A stretch of DNA of 64,000 nucleotides, taken from sequence record NC_028899.1; one strand, 5' to 3'. Positions 17,840 through 26,208 of this stretch are shown here, one piece after another. The first letter of the stretch is position 1, and each line of letters opens with the position of its first letter. Below the pieces are notes generated by a model. The model was not told the origin of the DNA, made no database searches, and worked only from the letters and a program-made list of their open reading frames with translations. Position numbers and translations under genes: made by a program.

Positions 17840-18493
17840 GTGCCGGAATTCATTCCGCTGAAAGGTAAAGTATTTGGTCGTTGGACAGTTATCGACGACG
17901 GAACAAGATCAAAAAACGGCCATATGTGGAAATGCCGCTGCGAATGCGGTAATACTGGTGTAGTTAACGGGAAAGACCTTCGCAGAGGCCATTCGCAAAG
18001 CTGTGGGTGCATTATTGCCGAAATAATGAAAACACAGAAGTTCGCGGCCACTCACGGAATGCATACTTTTCCAGAACACCGAATCTGGCTAAATATGAGG
18101 TATCGGTGTCGTAGTCCGAAATGTTCGGCCTGGAAAGATTACGGAGGCCGTGGAATCAAAGTCTGCGAGGAATGGGACAAGTCTTTTGAAGCTTTCATCA
18201 GAGACATGGGACGACGACCTTCTGAACAGCATTCTATCGACCGCATCGATAATGACGGGAATTATGAACCCGGTAATTGTCGATGGGCTACTCTGCAAGA
18301 GCAGGCCAAAAATCGTCGTACGACGGTAATGATCGAATACAAAGGCGAAACTCGATCGATGTCAGAATGGGCACGTCTTTACGGTATTTCCAAATCGATG
18401 CTTAGCAAGCGTCTTTCCGCGGGCCTTCCTTTTGAATTGGCGCTTCTTAAACCAAGCATCCGCCAGCCTCGTCTTAACAAAATCACTGACTAA
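17840..18493 (+). CDS. HNH homing endonuclease
   Basis: GTG start after GGAGGT; FGRWTV, CRCECG, SCGC, YGGRGIKVC, SIDRIDNDGNYEPGNCRWAT. Confidence 0.92.
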   Translation: MPEFIPLKGKVFGRWTVIDDGTRSKNGHMWKCRCECGNTGVVNGKDLRRGHSQSCGCIIAEIMKTQKFAATHGMHTFPEHRIWLNMRYRCRSPKCSAWKDYGGRGIKVCEEWDKSFEAFIRDMGRRPSEQHSIDRIDNDGNYEPGNCRWATLQEQAKNRRTTVMIEYKGETRSMSEWARLYGISKSMLSKRLSAGLPFELALLKPSIRQPRLNKITD

Positions 18494-18501
18494 ACTGCAT
18501 C

Positions 18502-19038
18502 ATGAAAATCATTCTTATCGCAGCTGAAGCAGCGAACAAGGTCATCGGCAACGACGGTAAGATGCCGTGGCATATTCCCGAAGATCTTCAGGGTTTCAAA
18601 AATACCACGATGGGTTCTGCCATCATCATGGGTCGTAAGACCTGGGACTCCTTCGGTGGTCGTCCTCTGCCTGGTCGCAAGAACATCATCGTCTCGCGTC
18701 AGCTCGATGCAGGTTGGACAGCACCGGAGGGCGCATTCCGCGTTCACAGTTTTAAATCGGCAATCAAAAGCCTGATTGCGGCCGGTTACGATCACTGTTT
18801 CGTGATTGGTGGTGAACAGCTGTATCGAGCAGCCATGCCGTGGGCTTCGATGATCATGCTCACGAAGCTCTACAAGTCCTACGAAGGCGATGCGCGCTTT
18901 CCGGACATCAGCCCGCTCGAATGGCGCATGACGGCCTCGGCGCAATTTTTCGAGGCTTCCCAACCGTACTCGGTACAGACTTACTATCCGATCAGCGAAC
19001 GCGACGTCGTTAAGTGGGTCGACCTCATCAAGGACTGA
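18502..19038 (+). CDS. folA: Dihydrofolate reductase
   Basis: VIGNDGKMPWHIPEDLQGFK, IMGRKTW, PLPGRKNIIVSR, VIGGEQLY, GDARFP. Confidence 0.93.
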   Translation: MKIILIAAEAANKVIGNDGKMPWHIPEDLQGFKNTTMGSAIIMGRKTWDSFGGRPLPGRKNIIVSRQLDAGWTAPEGAFRVHSFKSAIKSLIAAGYDHCFVIGGEQLYRAAMPWASMIMLTKLYKSYEGDARFPDISPLEWRMTASAQFFEASQPYSVQTYYPISERDVVKWVDLIKD

Positions 19039-19039
19039 T

Positions 19040-19618
19040 ATGGACATCATCCTGACTGCTTTGATTTACAACGACAACACCATCGGCGCGAAGGGTGAGC
19101 GTCCCGACTTTGTCGGACAGCATGCTTCGTACATTAGCGATCTCAGACATCGCTTTGTGCTGATCGGACGTAAAACGTTCGAGGCCATGGGCAAGCCGAA
19201 ACTCGGTACGCGTACGTTTGTCTTTTCGCGTAACCACGAATACCAGTCCGAAGGCGTAACGACGATCCTCGATCTGGCGGCTTTCATCAAGATCGCAGCT
19301 GAAGCTGGTGAATCGGAAGTCGTCGTATTCGGTGGCGCACAGACGTTCCATGCGACGATGCCTTGGGCGGACAAACTGTGTATTACCTGGGTTCATCGGA
19401 ATCGCGAAGGCGAGATGAAGTTCCCTCAGTTTCCGCCGCATTTCCACTGCCCTGCGTGGGATACCCAGGAATATGACGTCGATGGTGTCTTGCTCGAATC
19501 CATGACGTATTACCGGTGGAACGACGTACCGTTCCCGAGCGAAACTCTGGAAGACCAAGCAATGCTGGTCGCCAAGGACTATGCTCGTCGCCTTACCGGC
19601 AAACGACCGCTTATCTGA
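19040..19618 (+). CDS. Divergent DHFR-fold protein (possible pseudo-enzyme)
   Basis: TIG, LIGRKTF, VFSR, VFGGAQTF, GEMKFP are retained; the PW..P.D substrate loop is replaced by PDFVGQH. Confidence 0.75.
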   Translation: MDIILTALIYNDNTIGAKGERPDFVGQHASYISDLRHRFVLIGRKTFEAMGKPKLGTRTFVFSRNHEYQSEGVTTILDLAAFIKIAAEAGESEVVVFGGAQTFHATMPWADKLCITWVHRNREGEMKFPQFPPHFHCPAWDTQEYDVDGVLLESMTYYRWNDVPFPSETLEDQAMLVAKDYARRLTGKRPLI

Positions 19619-19626
19619 AATTCATT

Positions 19627-20703
19627 ATGAGCCATCCTTCACTGATCATCAAACCGACTGAAGCGTGCAATTTTAAATGCACCTTCTGTTCGTCGACGGA
19701 TATCCAAGGCGATTCTCCTAACCTCGACGTCGAGTACATCAAGTTGTACCTGGAGCGTTTCCCGAAGACTCCGACGATCATCGTGAATGGTGGGGATCCG
19801 CTCATGATGAAACCCGAGTACTATTGGGAGATCATCAAGATCATTGAGAGTATGGGCTTGAAGACCACGCTCTCATTTACAAGCAATCTGTGGGCTTTCT
19901 ACAAGAAGCCTGAGATGTGGGTGGACTTGTTTCGCCATCCGCTTGTAGGGGTCTCTACGAGCTTCCAATACGGTAATTCACGGCTTAAGGGCGACCTCAC
20001 TCCGTTTACCGAGGAAGAGTTCTGGAAAGTGTCCGATCTGATGCTGGAAAAGGTCGGTTATCGCCCACCTTTCATTGCAGTCATTACAAAAGAAAATGAG
20101 GATACCAGTATCCAGACTGTCGAGCTTGCTAAACGCATGGGTGTTGTCTGTAAGCTCAACTATGCAATGGCCTCCGGACCCAAGACAACGTTCAAAGGCA
20201 TTACGATCGGCAACGCCGATTCCACCTACGTCCTTGCGGATATCTACGAAAAGTATATCAAGATCGCCGAAGCGGGACTCGCGCCGTGGGAACATAACAC
20301 GCAAGTCATGATGAAACGACTGGCAGGTCAGCAAAATCAGATCTGTCCTCAGGCTCGTCATTGTGATGAGGGGATTCGCTCTTTGCAGCCTGGTGGAAAG
20401 TACTATAGCTGCGGAGCATTCGGAGACGACGGATTATATCCTATCGACTTCGCTAATGAGATGGCAGGCGGCTTTGAAACTCCACTTCGCCATCAACCGG
20501 AATTGCAGTCACTCAAGTTCTCATGCTTCGAGTGCCCCATGTTTGAAATCTGCAACGGGTGCCGTAAGACCACGCACGATCTTAAACGTCTTGACCTGGT
20601 GGAAGTCCACTGCTCCAAGATGAAGACGCTGGCTCCGAAAATCATCGATCTGAATGGGCTTACCGGAAAAGTATATCCGACGCCCTATGTCAAGGAGACA
20701 TAA
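19627..20703 (+). CDS. Radical SAM/SPASM protein 4
   Basis: CNFKCTFC, NGGDP, SPASM-like ICP...HC...SCG...CFECPMFEICNGC...C. Confidence 0.92.
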   Translation: MSHPSLIIKPTEACNFKCTFCSSTDIQGDSPNLDVEYIKLYLERFPKTPTIIVNGGDPLMMKPEYYWEIIKIIESMGLKTTLSFTSNLWAFYKKPEMWVDLFRHPLVGVSTSFQYGNSRLKGDLTPFTEEEFWKVSDLMLEKVGYRPPFIAVITKENEDTSIQTVELAKRMGVVCKLNYAMASGPKTTFKGITIGNADSTYVLADIYEKYIKIAEAGLAPWEHNTQVMMKRLAGQQNQICPQARHCDEGIRSLQPGGKYYSCGAFGDDGLYPIDFANEMAGGFETPLRHQPELQSLKFSCFECPMFEICNGCRKTTHDLKRLDLVEVHCSKMKTLAPKIIDLNGLTGKVYPTPYVKET

Positions 20704-21248
20704 TGGAACTGCTCCAACCTTGGAAAACGAGTATCGGGAAAATGTCGGTTCTCGATTTGCTGGATATCGACTCGATGCTCAACGAAGTCATGCAGCACCC
20801 GAAAGTCATGGAGAACCCGGTCAACGGGTCTCTACGCATCAAGTACGAGGAGTTTCCGATCTGCTCGGAAGCTCTGGAGAAGGTTCTCAAGCCTATCGTC
20901 GAAGCGTACATCATCAACGTCGGCGGCCGACCGGCTAAAAACCTAGCCTGGAGCAGTTGGTTTCACATCTGCTTGCATGGTAACGGATTGATTCCGCACT
21001 ACCATGACGAGGCATTGAATTCGGTTCTGTATTTTACCACGTCGAAGGCTAATCTGGTGCTACGCGACCCTCTGGCTTCTCAAGCTCGACAGTGGCCGCA
21101 AGAAATGCGAAAGGTGATGCACGCCGACCAACAGTTTCATCCAGTCAAGGGCGATCTCCTGGTGTTTCCGGGATATGTCGACCATTATGTCATGGCAGAT
21201 GAACCGGACTTCCGGATTTCCATGGCAACGGACTGGATCTTCCGATAG
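20703..21248 (+). CDS. Fe(II)/2OG oxygenase, TIGR02466-like
   Basis: TAATG coupling; PHYH, SVLYF, LVLRDP, P.KGDLLVFPGYVDHYV, RIS. Confidence 0.8.
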   Translation: MELLQPWKTSIGKMSVLDLLDIDSMLNEVMQHPKVMENPVNGSLRIKYEEFPICSEALEKVLKPIVEAYIINVGGRPAKNLAWSSWFHICLHGNGLIPHYHDEALNSVLYFTTSKANLVLRDPLASQARQWPQEMRKVMHADQQFHPVKGDLLVFPGYVDHYVMADEPDFRISMATDWIFR

Positions 21249-21255
21249 GAAAGTT

Positions 21256-22197
21256 ATGCTCGCGAATGAATCTGGGATTCTGAACGTTTCTCTGAATCCA
21301 ACGTACTATTGTAATTTCCGGTGCGATTTCTGTTACCTGACGAAGAAGCAACTCAATACCCAGAACTACTTGCCGATCGAAGGTATTCGCAAGAAGCTCA
21401 AGGAGATCCTGGATTCGGGTCACCAGATCGGCCATGTGGATTTGTACGGCGGTGAGATCATGCTCCTGCCCAACGAGTACATCAAGGCCATCGGTGATCT
21501 GATGGAAGAATTCAAGGTCGAGGATTGTGAGATCATCACGAACCTCTCGGCCTACAAGAAAGACATCATCGAAGACCCGCGTTTCGGTATCTCGGTGAGT
21601 TACGATTTTGAGTATCGCGCACAGCCCGAACACGTGTGGCAGAACATGCTCAAGATCCCACGGGCCTTTACTGTCCTGACGCTCGGTATTCCCGAGATCG
21701 TCAAGATGGATCCGGCTGAGTTGGTCGAACGAATCAACTTGCTGGAGAACTGCAAAGCCTGGGAGATCAAGCCTTACAGCAAGAACCAGGCTAACCAGCT
21801 GGCTGTGACGGATCTGGAATTTGAAGAATTCGTCAAGAAGATCATCGAGTATCCGAACAAGAACTTCGAGTTCCTGAACGAGACGAAGTTGCGAACCATT
21901 AAGTTCCGCGACTACAACGCGTTCTCGGATAACCACGTCTACATCACACCCAAGGGTCATTTCGGTGTGTTGGAGTTCGATGAGAACGATCGCGAGTTTT
22001 TCCTCGAACTGAAGACCATGGACGATTACGTCAATTGGACTCAGGAAGAGAAGATTCGTGTGATGTCCAATCCGACCTGCGGTGGCTGCGAATACATGGG
22101 TAAGTGTGCGTCCGAACATTTGCGTGATGTCCAATCCATGGATAACAGCTGCAATGGCTTTTACAATTTGATTCAGTGGTACGAGGCAAGGCCATGA
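21256..22197 (+). CDS. Radical SAM protein 5 with C-terminal Cys cluster
   Basis: CNFRCDFC, YGGEIM, C-terminal CGGCEYMGKC...SC. Confidence 0.9.
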   Translation: MLANESGILNVSLNPTYYCNFRCDFCYLTKKQLNTQNYLPIEGIRKKLKEILDSGHQIGHVDLYGGEIMLLPNEYIKAIGDLMEEFKVEDCEIITNLSAYKKDIIEDPRFGISVSYDFEYRAQPEHVWQNMLKIPRAFTVLTLGIPEIVKMDPAELVERINLLENCKAWEIKPYSKNQANQLAVTDLEFEEFVKKIIEYPNKNFEFLNETKLRTIKFRDYNAFSDNHVYITPKGHFGVLEFDENDREFFLELKTMDDYVNWTQEEKIRVMSNPTCGGCEYMGKCASEHLRDVQSMDNSCNGFYNLIQWYEARP

Positions 22198-22754
22198 TCG
22201 AATACAAACACCCGTGGATCACCCCCATCGGACAGACGTCTTTCTTCACGGCTGTCCAGCATGAGAAGCTGCTTGACGAAGTCATGCAGCATCCCGAAAT
22301 CATGGCAGAGATCAAGGTTGGGTCTTTGCGGATCTCGGATCGCAAAAAAGAATTCCCCAAACTGGCGTCGTTTATCGAAAACGTACTCAAGCCCCATGCG
22401 AAGTACTTCATCCAGGACTTCTACGACCATCGGCCTGAAGATCTGAGGTGGTCGGCGTGGGTGCATGCCTGCATCAATGGCGCTGGGCTCGTTCCCCATT
22501 ACCACATGGGCGACGAGCATATGGCGTCGATCCTGTATCTCACCGAGTCCAAAGCGAATTTGGTCTTGCGCAATCCCATGGCGAACATGATGCGTAACTG
22601 GCCTCAGGAAATCCTGAAAGGTCACTACGCTGACGTTCAGGTGAATCCGCGCGTAGGCGACTTCGTGATCTTCCCGACCTTCATTGATCATTACGTGATG
22701 GCTGCAGAACCGGACTTCCGCATCTCAATCGCAATCGACTGGTGTTTCGAATGA
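22194..22754 (+). CDS. Fe(II)/2OG oxygenase, TIGR02466-like, paralog of 20703-21248
   Basis: ATGA overlap; PHYH, ASILYL, LVLRNP, P.VGDFVIFPTFIDHYV, EPDFRISIAIDW. Confidence 0.8.
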   Translation: MIEYKHPWITPIGQTSFFTAVQHEKLLDEVMQHPEIMAEIKVGSLRISDRKKEFPKLASFIENVLKPHAKYFIQDFYDHRPEDLRWSAWVHACINGAGLVPHYHMGDEHMASILYLTESKANLVLRNPMANMMRNWPQEILKGHYADVQVNPRVGDFVIFPTFIDHYVMAAEPDFRISIAIDWCFE

Positions 22755-23443
22755 CTTTCAAGCCTCTCACTCAAAAAGACCTTGACGACCTCAAGGATTT
22801 GACGAAACTCTATCCCGTGTCCATGCACGAGATTCGTCCGAATATCGATCGCAAGCCGTTCAATCCGGATGAATTCCTCGGTGATTATTTCACCAAGGGG
22901 TTTTACGCCTTCGATGCGACGACGATCATGAAGGACATCGAGATCCAACGCTTCGAGCCGGTGAAGGTGGTTCACGAGGACAACTGCTTCCATGCAGAAG
23001 GTCACGAGTTCCACTCCGACTACATGCGTCTGTCGATCGAACAGTTGAAGCGCGACATTCGTCGCATCTTGCACATGTTCCCGCACAAGTCCGCGTTCGA
23101 CTTTTACGCTGAAGCCGTGAACGACCACGTGCAGCACTGGCACAGCGACGCGCAATACGCTCTGCCCGGTCAGAACGCAACCATCAACTGCTTTTTCGAC
23201 AGCACGTCGGAAGACATCGGCGGGCGCTTCGACATGGCATCGTACTCGGCCGAGATCATCGGCACGAAGAACCTGCCCGGCGTTTTCACGTCGATCTATC
23301 CGCAGCGTTACGAAATTCTCATCTTCAACCAGAATCGAAACTTCCTGCATAAAGCAGTGAAGAACAAGGTTCCGCGTCGAATGGTTTCGTTCGCATGCGA
23401 GTTCGACGACATCAACCCCATTCTCCCGAACTGGCAAGCATGA
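22751..23443 (+). CDS. Fe(II)/2OG oxygenase (HxD...H type)
   Basis: ATGA overlap; HWHSD, NCFFD...GGRF, FNQ..NFLHKA, RRM. Confidence 0.72.
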   Translation: MTFKPLTQKDLDDLKDLTKLYPVSMHEIRPNIDRKPFNPDEFLGDYFTKGFYAFDATTIMKDIEIQRFEPVKVVHEDNCFHAEGHEFHSDYMRLSIEQLKRDIRRILHMFPHKSAFDFYAEAVNDHVQHWHSDAQYALPGQNATINCFFDSTSEDIGGRFDMASYSAEIIGTKNLPGVFTSIYPQRYEILIFNQNRNFLHKAVKNKVPRRMVSFACEFDDINPILPNWQA

Positions 23444-24021
23444 TCGATACTGGCGAATTCATCACCGACTATCTGACTAAAGGTCATTTCCGATTCGACG
23501 CTTCGGAGGTCCTCTCCAAGTTCGATATCGCGGCCTTTGGGACGATCAAGAAAACGGACGCAACATTCAGCACGGAAGACCCGGAAGAGCGCTACGAGGC
23601 TTATACGCCCGCGCAAAGGGTACTCCTGAAGCAATTGTCGGCGGACATCTCCGAAACGTATTTCAAAGAGCTCAACCACGAGCTTCGTTTCAACGACATG
23701 TGGGCGTCCGCGAACCCCTACACCTATACCTGGCATAACGACACGCTACGTTGTTGGCCGGGTTTCAATAGCAATGTGAATTGCTATTTCGACGACATGG
23801 ATCCTTCGATCGGCGGATCGCTGCAAATGCATCCGACCGTGGAAGACTACGATTCGATCATGGACGACAGTCCGCTGATCACGGAAACTTTCCCGCGCAA
23901 GTTCGACATCATCGTCATCAACCAGAACAGCAACTGGCTGCATCGTGTCCGTCATACGGAATACAAGCGAACCATGCTTGCCTTCGCAGCCGGCTTCTTC
24001 GATTTCAATCCGGTTATCTGA
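23440..24021 (+). CDS. Fe(II)/2OG oxygenase, paralog of 22751-23443
   Basis: ATGA overlap; TWHND, NCYFD...GGSL, INQ..NWLHRV, KRT. Confidence 0.72.
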   Translation: MIDTGEFITDYLTKGHFRFDASEVLSKFDIAAFGTIKKTDATFSTEDPEERYEAYTPAQRVLLKQLSADISETYFKELNHELRFNDMWASANPYTYTWHNDTLRCWPGFNSNVNCYFDDMDPSIGGSLQMHPTVEDYDSIMDDSPLITETFPRKFDIIVINQNSNWLHRVRHTEYKRTMLAFAAGFFDFNPVI

Positions 24022-24023
24022 CC

Positions 24024-24443
24024 ATGAAAGAATGGAAGATGTGGCAACAGGTCTACAATGACCTCGTTCAGGATCACAGCGATGCTCGACACAAACACCA
24101 GTTCATCATCAGCAACACGCCCGTCGAAGATGCTATCGAATATGTCACTATCCAGGCAGCAGTGGGACGCTATCCGGGAAAAAGTCGTATCGTTGCTATC
24201 ATCTATGCGCGATGTATTGCGGATCATTACGGAGAGGATTTCTTTGAAGTTCTCGACGATCCTGACCTCCTTCATGGTCAAGATGAGTTCTTCGTGCCGT
24301 ACTCCGAAGACAAAGAAACCTACGATGCGATCCTTGCCCGTCTCCAAGACATCCCTGATTGGATTAAGGGGGGTTGGGCACCGAAGACGGTTGAGTACTT
24401 CCACCTGGAGTGTACTGAAGAGGGCGTAAAGTCGATCAATTAG
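24024..24443 (+). CDS. Hypothetical acidic protein, 139 aa, last gene of the rSAM cluster
   Basis: ATG 2 nt after the previous stop; C-terminal part of track ORF 23781..24443. Confidence 0.7.
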   Translation: MKEWKMWQQVYNDLVQDHSDARHKHQFIISNTPVEDAIEYVTIQAAVGRYPGKSRIVAIIYARCIADHYGEDFFEVLDDPDLLHGQDEFFVPYSEDKETYDAILARLQDIPDWIKGGWAPKTVEYFHLECTEEGVKSIN

Positions 24444-24540
24444 TTCAAATTTTATAGAACTGGTCGGCTGTTCAGAAAAATATAGTGTCGTTTTGACACC
24501 TGGAGAGTCCGTGGCTTAATTCTTTTAAGTAAGGTACTCT

Positions 24541-25170
24541 ATGGGTTTTGATTTAACAAATTTGAATGCATCGCTGGCTACTTTGACGCAGTGGGTCAAG
24601 ACCGGCCTGGCGAAAAAAGCGGATGCTGCCGCAACAACGTCAGCCATTAACTCAATCAACCAGAAACTCTCCAGTGGCATCGTTGGTGCTTTGCCTGGTC
24701 TGACCATCGAGCTTGGCCATTCCAGCCAGGCCAACGGCGGCAGAGGTATCGATAAAGGAAGTTACTACCAGCTGGATTTCAATGTTGGTACGAACTACTA
24801 TAACGGCATCGAGGCGGTCTCGAACCCTGACGGAACGCTCACTCTGCCCAATGGGTACTATCTTGTAATCGGTAGCGCGAAAGTCGTCGCCGATAGTCAA
24901 GATACGTTCCAGATTCCGCAGCAAGTTACGCTTGCAGCAGGGCAGAACTATGATTTTCCGGGCATATACCAGTATGCTGTACAGGCACTTCCTCAACCGC
25001 CACAGTCTTCTGGTTCTGAAACCGGGGCAATCGGCTTCATCCAGATTGGCGGAGCCATGCCATTTGCTTCGAGTGATCCTGTGTGGCTTGGTTTTTCTAA
25101 AGTCACTGGTTCCGTGAATTCGGTAATCTTGCGACTGCAAGGTTACATCAGCTTCGTTAAATTTGGCTGA
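24541..25170 (+). CDS. Short tail fibre/adhesin with possible C1q/BclA-like head
   Basis: N-terminal MGFDLTNLNA helix shared with the next gene; QLDF...NPDGTLTLPNGYYLV resembles gC1q/BclA-CTD strands. Confidence 0.5.
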   Translation: MGFDLTNLNASLATLTQWVKTGLAKKADAAATTSAINSINQKLSSGIVGALPGLTIELGHSSQANGGRGIDKGSYYQLDFNVGTNYYNGIEAVSNPDGTLTLPNGYYLVIGSAKVVADSQDTFQIPQQVTLAAGQNYDFPGIYQYAVQALPQPPQSSGSETGAIGFIQIGGAMPFASSDPVWLGFSKVTGSVNSVILRLQGYISFVKFG

Positions 25171-25181
25171 GGATTGAGACT

Positions 25182-25490
25182 ATGGGTTTTGACCTGACAA
25201 ACCTGAATGCCGCATTCACCACCCTCACGACGTGGGTGAAGAATGGTCTGGCTAAGAAGGCTGACGCAACTGCGACTTCGAACGCACTGGCCACCAAAGC
25301 CAATGCAACCGATCTCGCAACCACCAACACAAATCTGTCGAACCTCACGACCACCGTGGGTACGAAGGCAGATGCAACGGCAACCAACACTGCACTGGCA
25401 GGCAAACAGAATACCGTGCTCACTGGCACAGCTGTTCCTGCCAATACCGTCGGTGTCGACGGTGACGTGTTCTTGCTGACCGACAGCTAA
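25182..25490 (+). CDS. Short tail fibre-like protein, 102 aa
   Basis: N-terminus near-identical to 24541-25170; LA.KA repeats; ends GTAVPANTVGVDGDVFL. Confidence 0.6.
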   Translation: MGFDLTNLNAAFTTLTTWVKNGLAKKADATATSNALATKANATDLATTNTNLSNLTTTVGTKADATATNTALAGKQNTVLTGTAVPANTVGVDGDVFLLTDS

Positions 25491-25503
25491 AACGCAGACG
25501 ACT

Positions 25504-25537
25504 CATACACACCTGGGCGCAAGCCCAGGTGTGTATG
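25504..25537. terminator. Hairpin between convergent genes, 15-bp stem, GCAA loop
   Basis: CATACACACCTGGGC-GCAA-GCCCAGGTGTGTATG. Confidence 0.72.
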
Positions 25538-25547
25538 GTTTATGCCG

Positions 25548-26207
25548 TCAAACGTACAGATACCACTTGTTTTCGAAGATGTATCCACGAACGAAGATTG
25601 CTGCGTTCGGGTCACCTTTTGTCGTACCATCCGGCCACGTGTAATCCACACCGACATAGTTTTCGTAAGCCGCGGTAAAGCCTGCTTGACCGATCAACAT
25701 GTAAGCACCGCGATAAGCCATGGCCTGGCCGTAAACAGAAGACGTACCACCTACACGGTACACAGCTGCTTCAAGTCCTGCGTCCGTGTGACCACCTTGA
25801 GGTTCATCGTAACTGATGAGCGTGAACAGAGTTCCGGTAACCAACGCATTCAGTGCATTCGTCAGTCCAGCAATCTGCCCAGTCGCAGTTCCTAATGATT
25901 CCCCATAGAGGTCAAATGTTTGATTGGTCAGGACGTTGCCGTACTTGTCGTAGGTTGTTAGCGTGTAACTTCGCCCCGCTACCCAACCATGAACTCCGTC
26001 TCGCCAGACTCCTGCATCTGCTGCCGGATAAACAGTCTGTTCCAGACCCAATGCGTAAAACAGGAAGTTATGCAGACCATACACCTGCATCCACGTTCCA
26101 TTCTTTTTGATGTAGACAGACCGGACTGTTTTCCAGACTCCTGCTGCCTTTGCGTAGACGTTACTGACGTGGTGAAAAGCACCACTGAACTTGGCAAAAA
26201 TCGTCAT
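25548..26207 (-). CDS. Putative adhesin: triple G-x-W module plus ILEI/GG-type lectin-like domain
   Basis: SGAFHHV / AGVWKTV / NGTWMQV, then TFDLYG...L..AL..L..GTL..L.SYDE....YR.AY..IG typical of ILEI/PANDER-like domains. Confidence 0.6.
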   Translation of the reverse strand: MTIFAKFSGAFHHVSNVYAKAAGVWKTVRSVYIKKNGTWMQVYGLHNFLFYALGLEQTVYPAADAGVWRDGVHGWVAGRSYTLTTYDKYGNVLTNQTFDLYGESLGTATGQIAGLTNALNALVTGTLFTLISYDEPQGGHTDAGLEAAVYRVGGTSSVYGQAMAYRGAYMLIGQAGFTAAYENYVGVDYTWPDGTTKGDPNAAIFVRGYIFENKWYLYV

Positions 26208-26208
26208 G

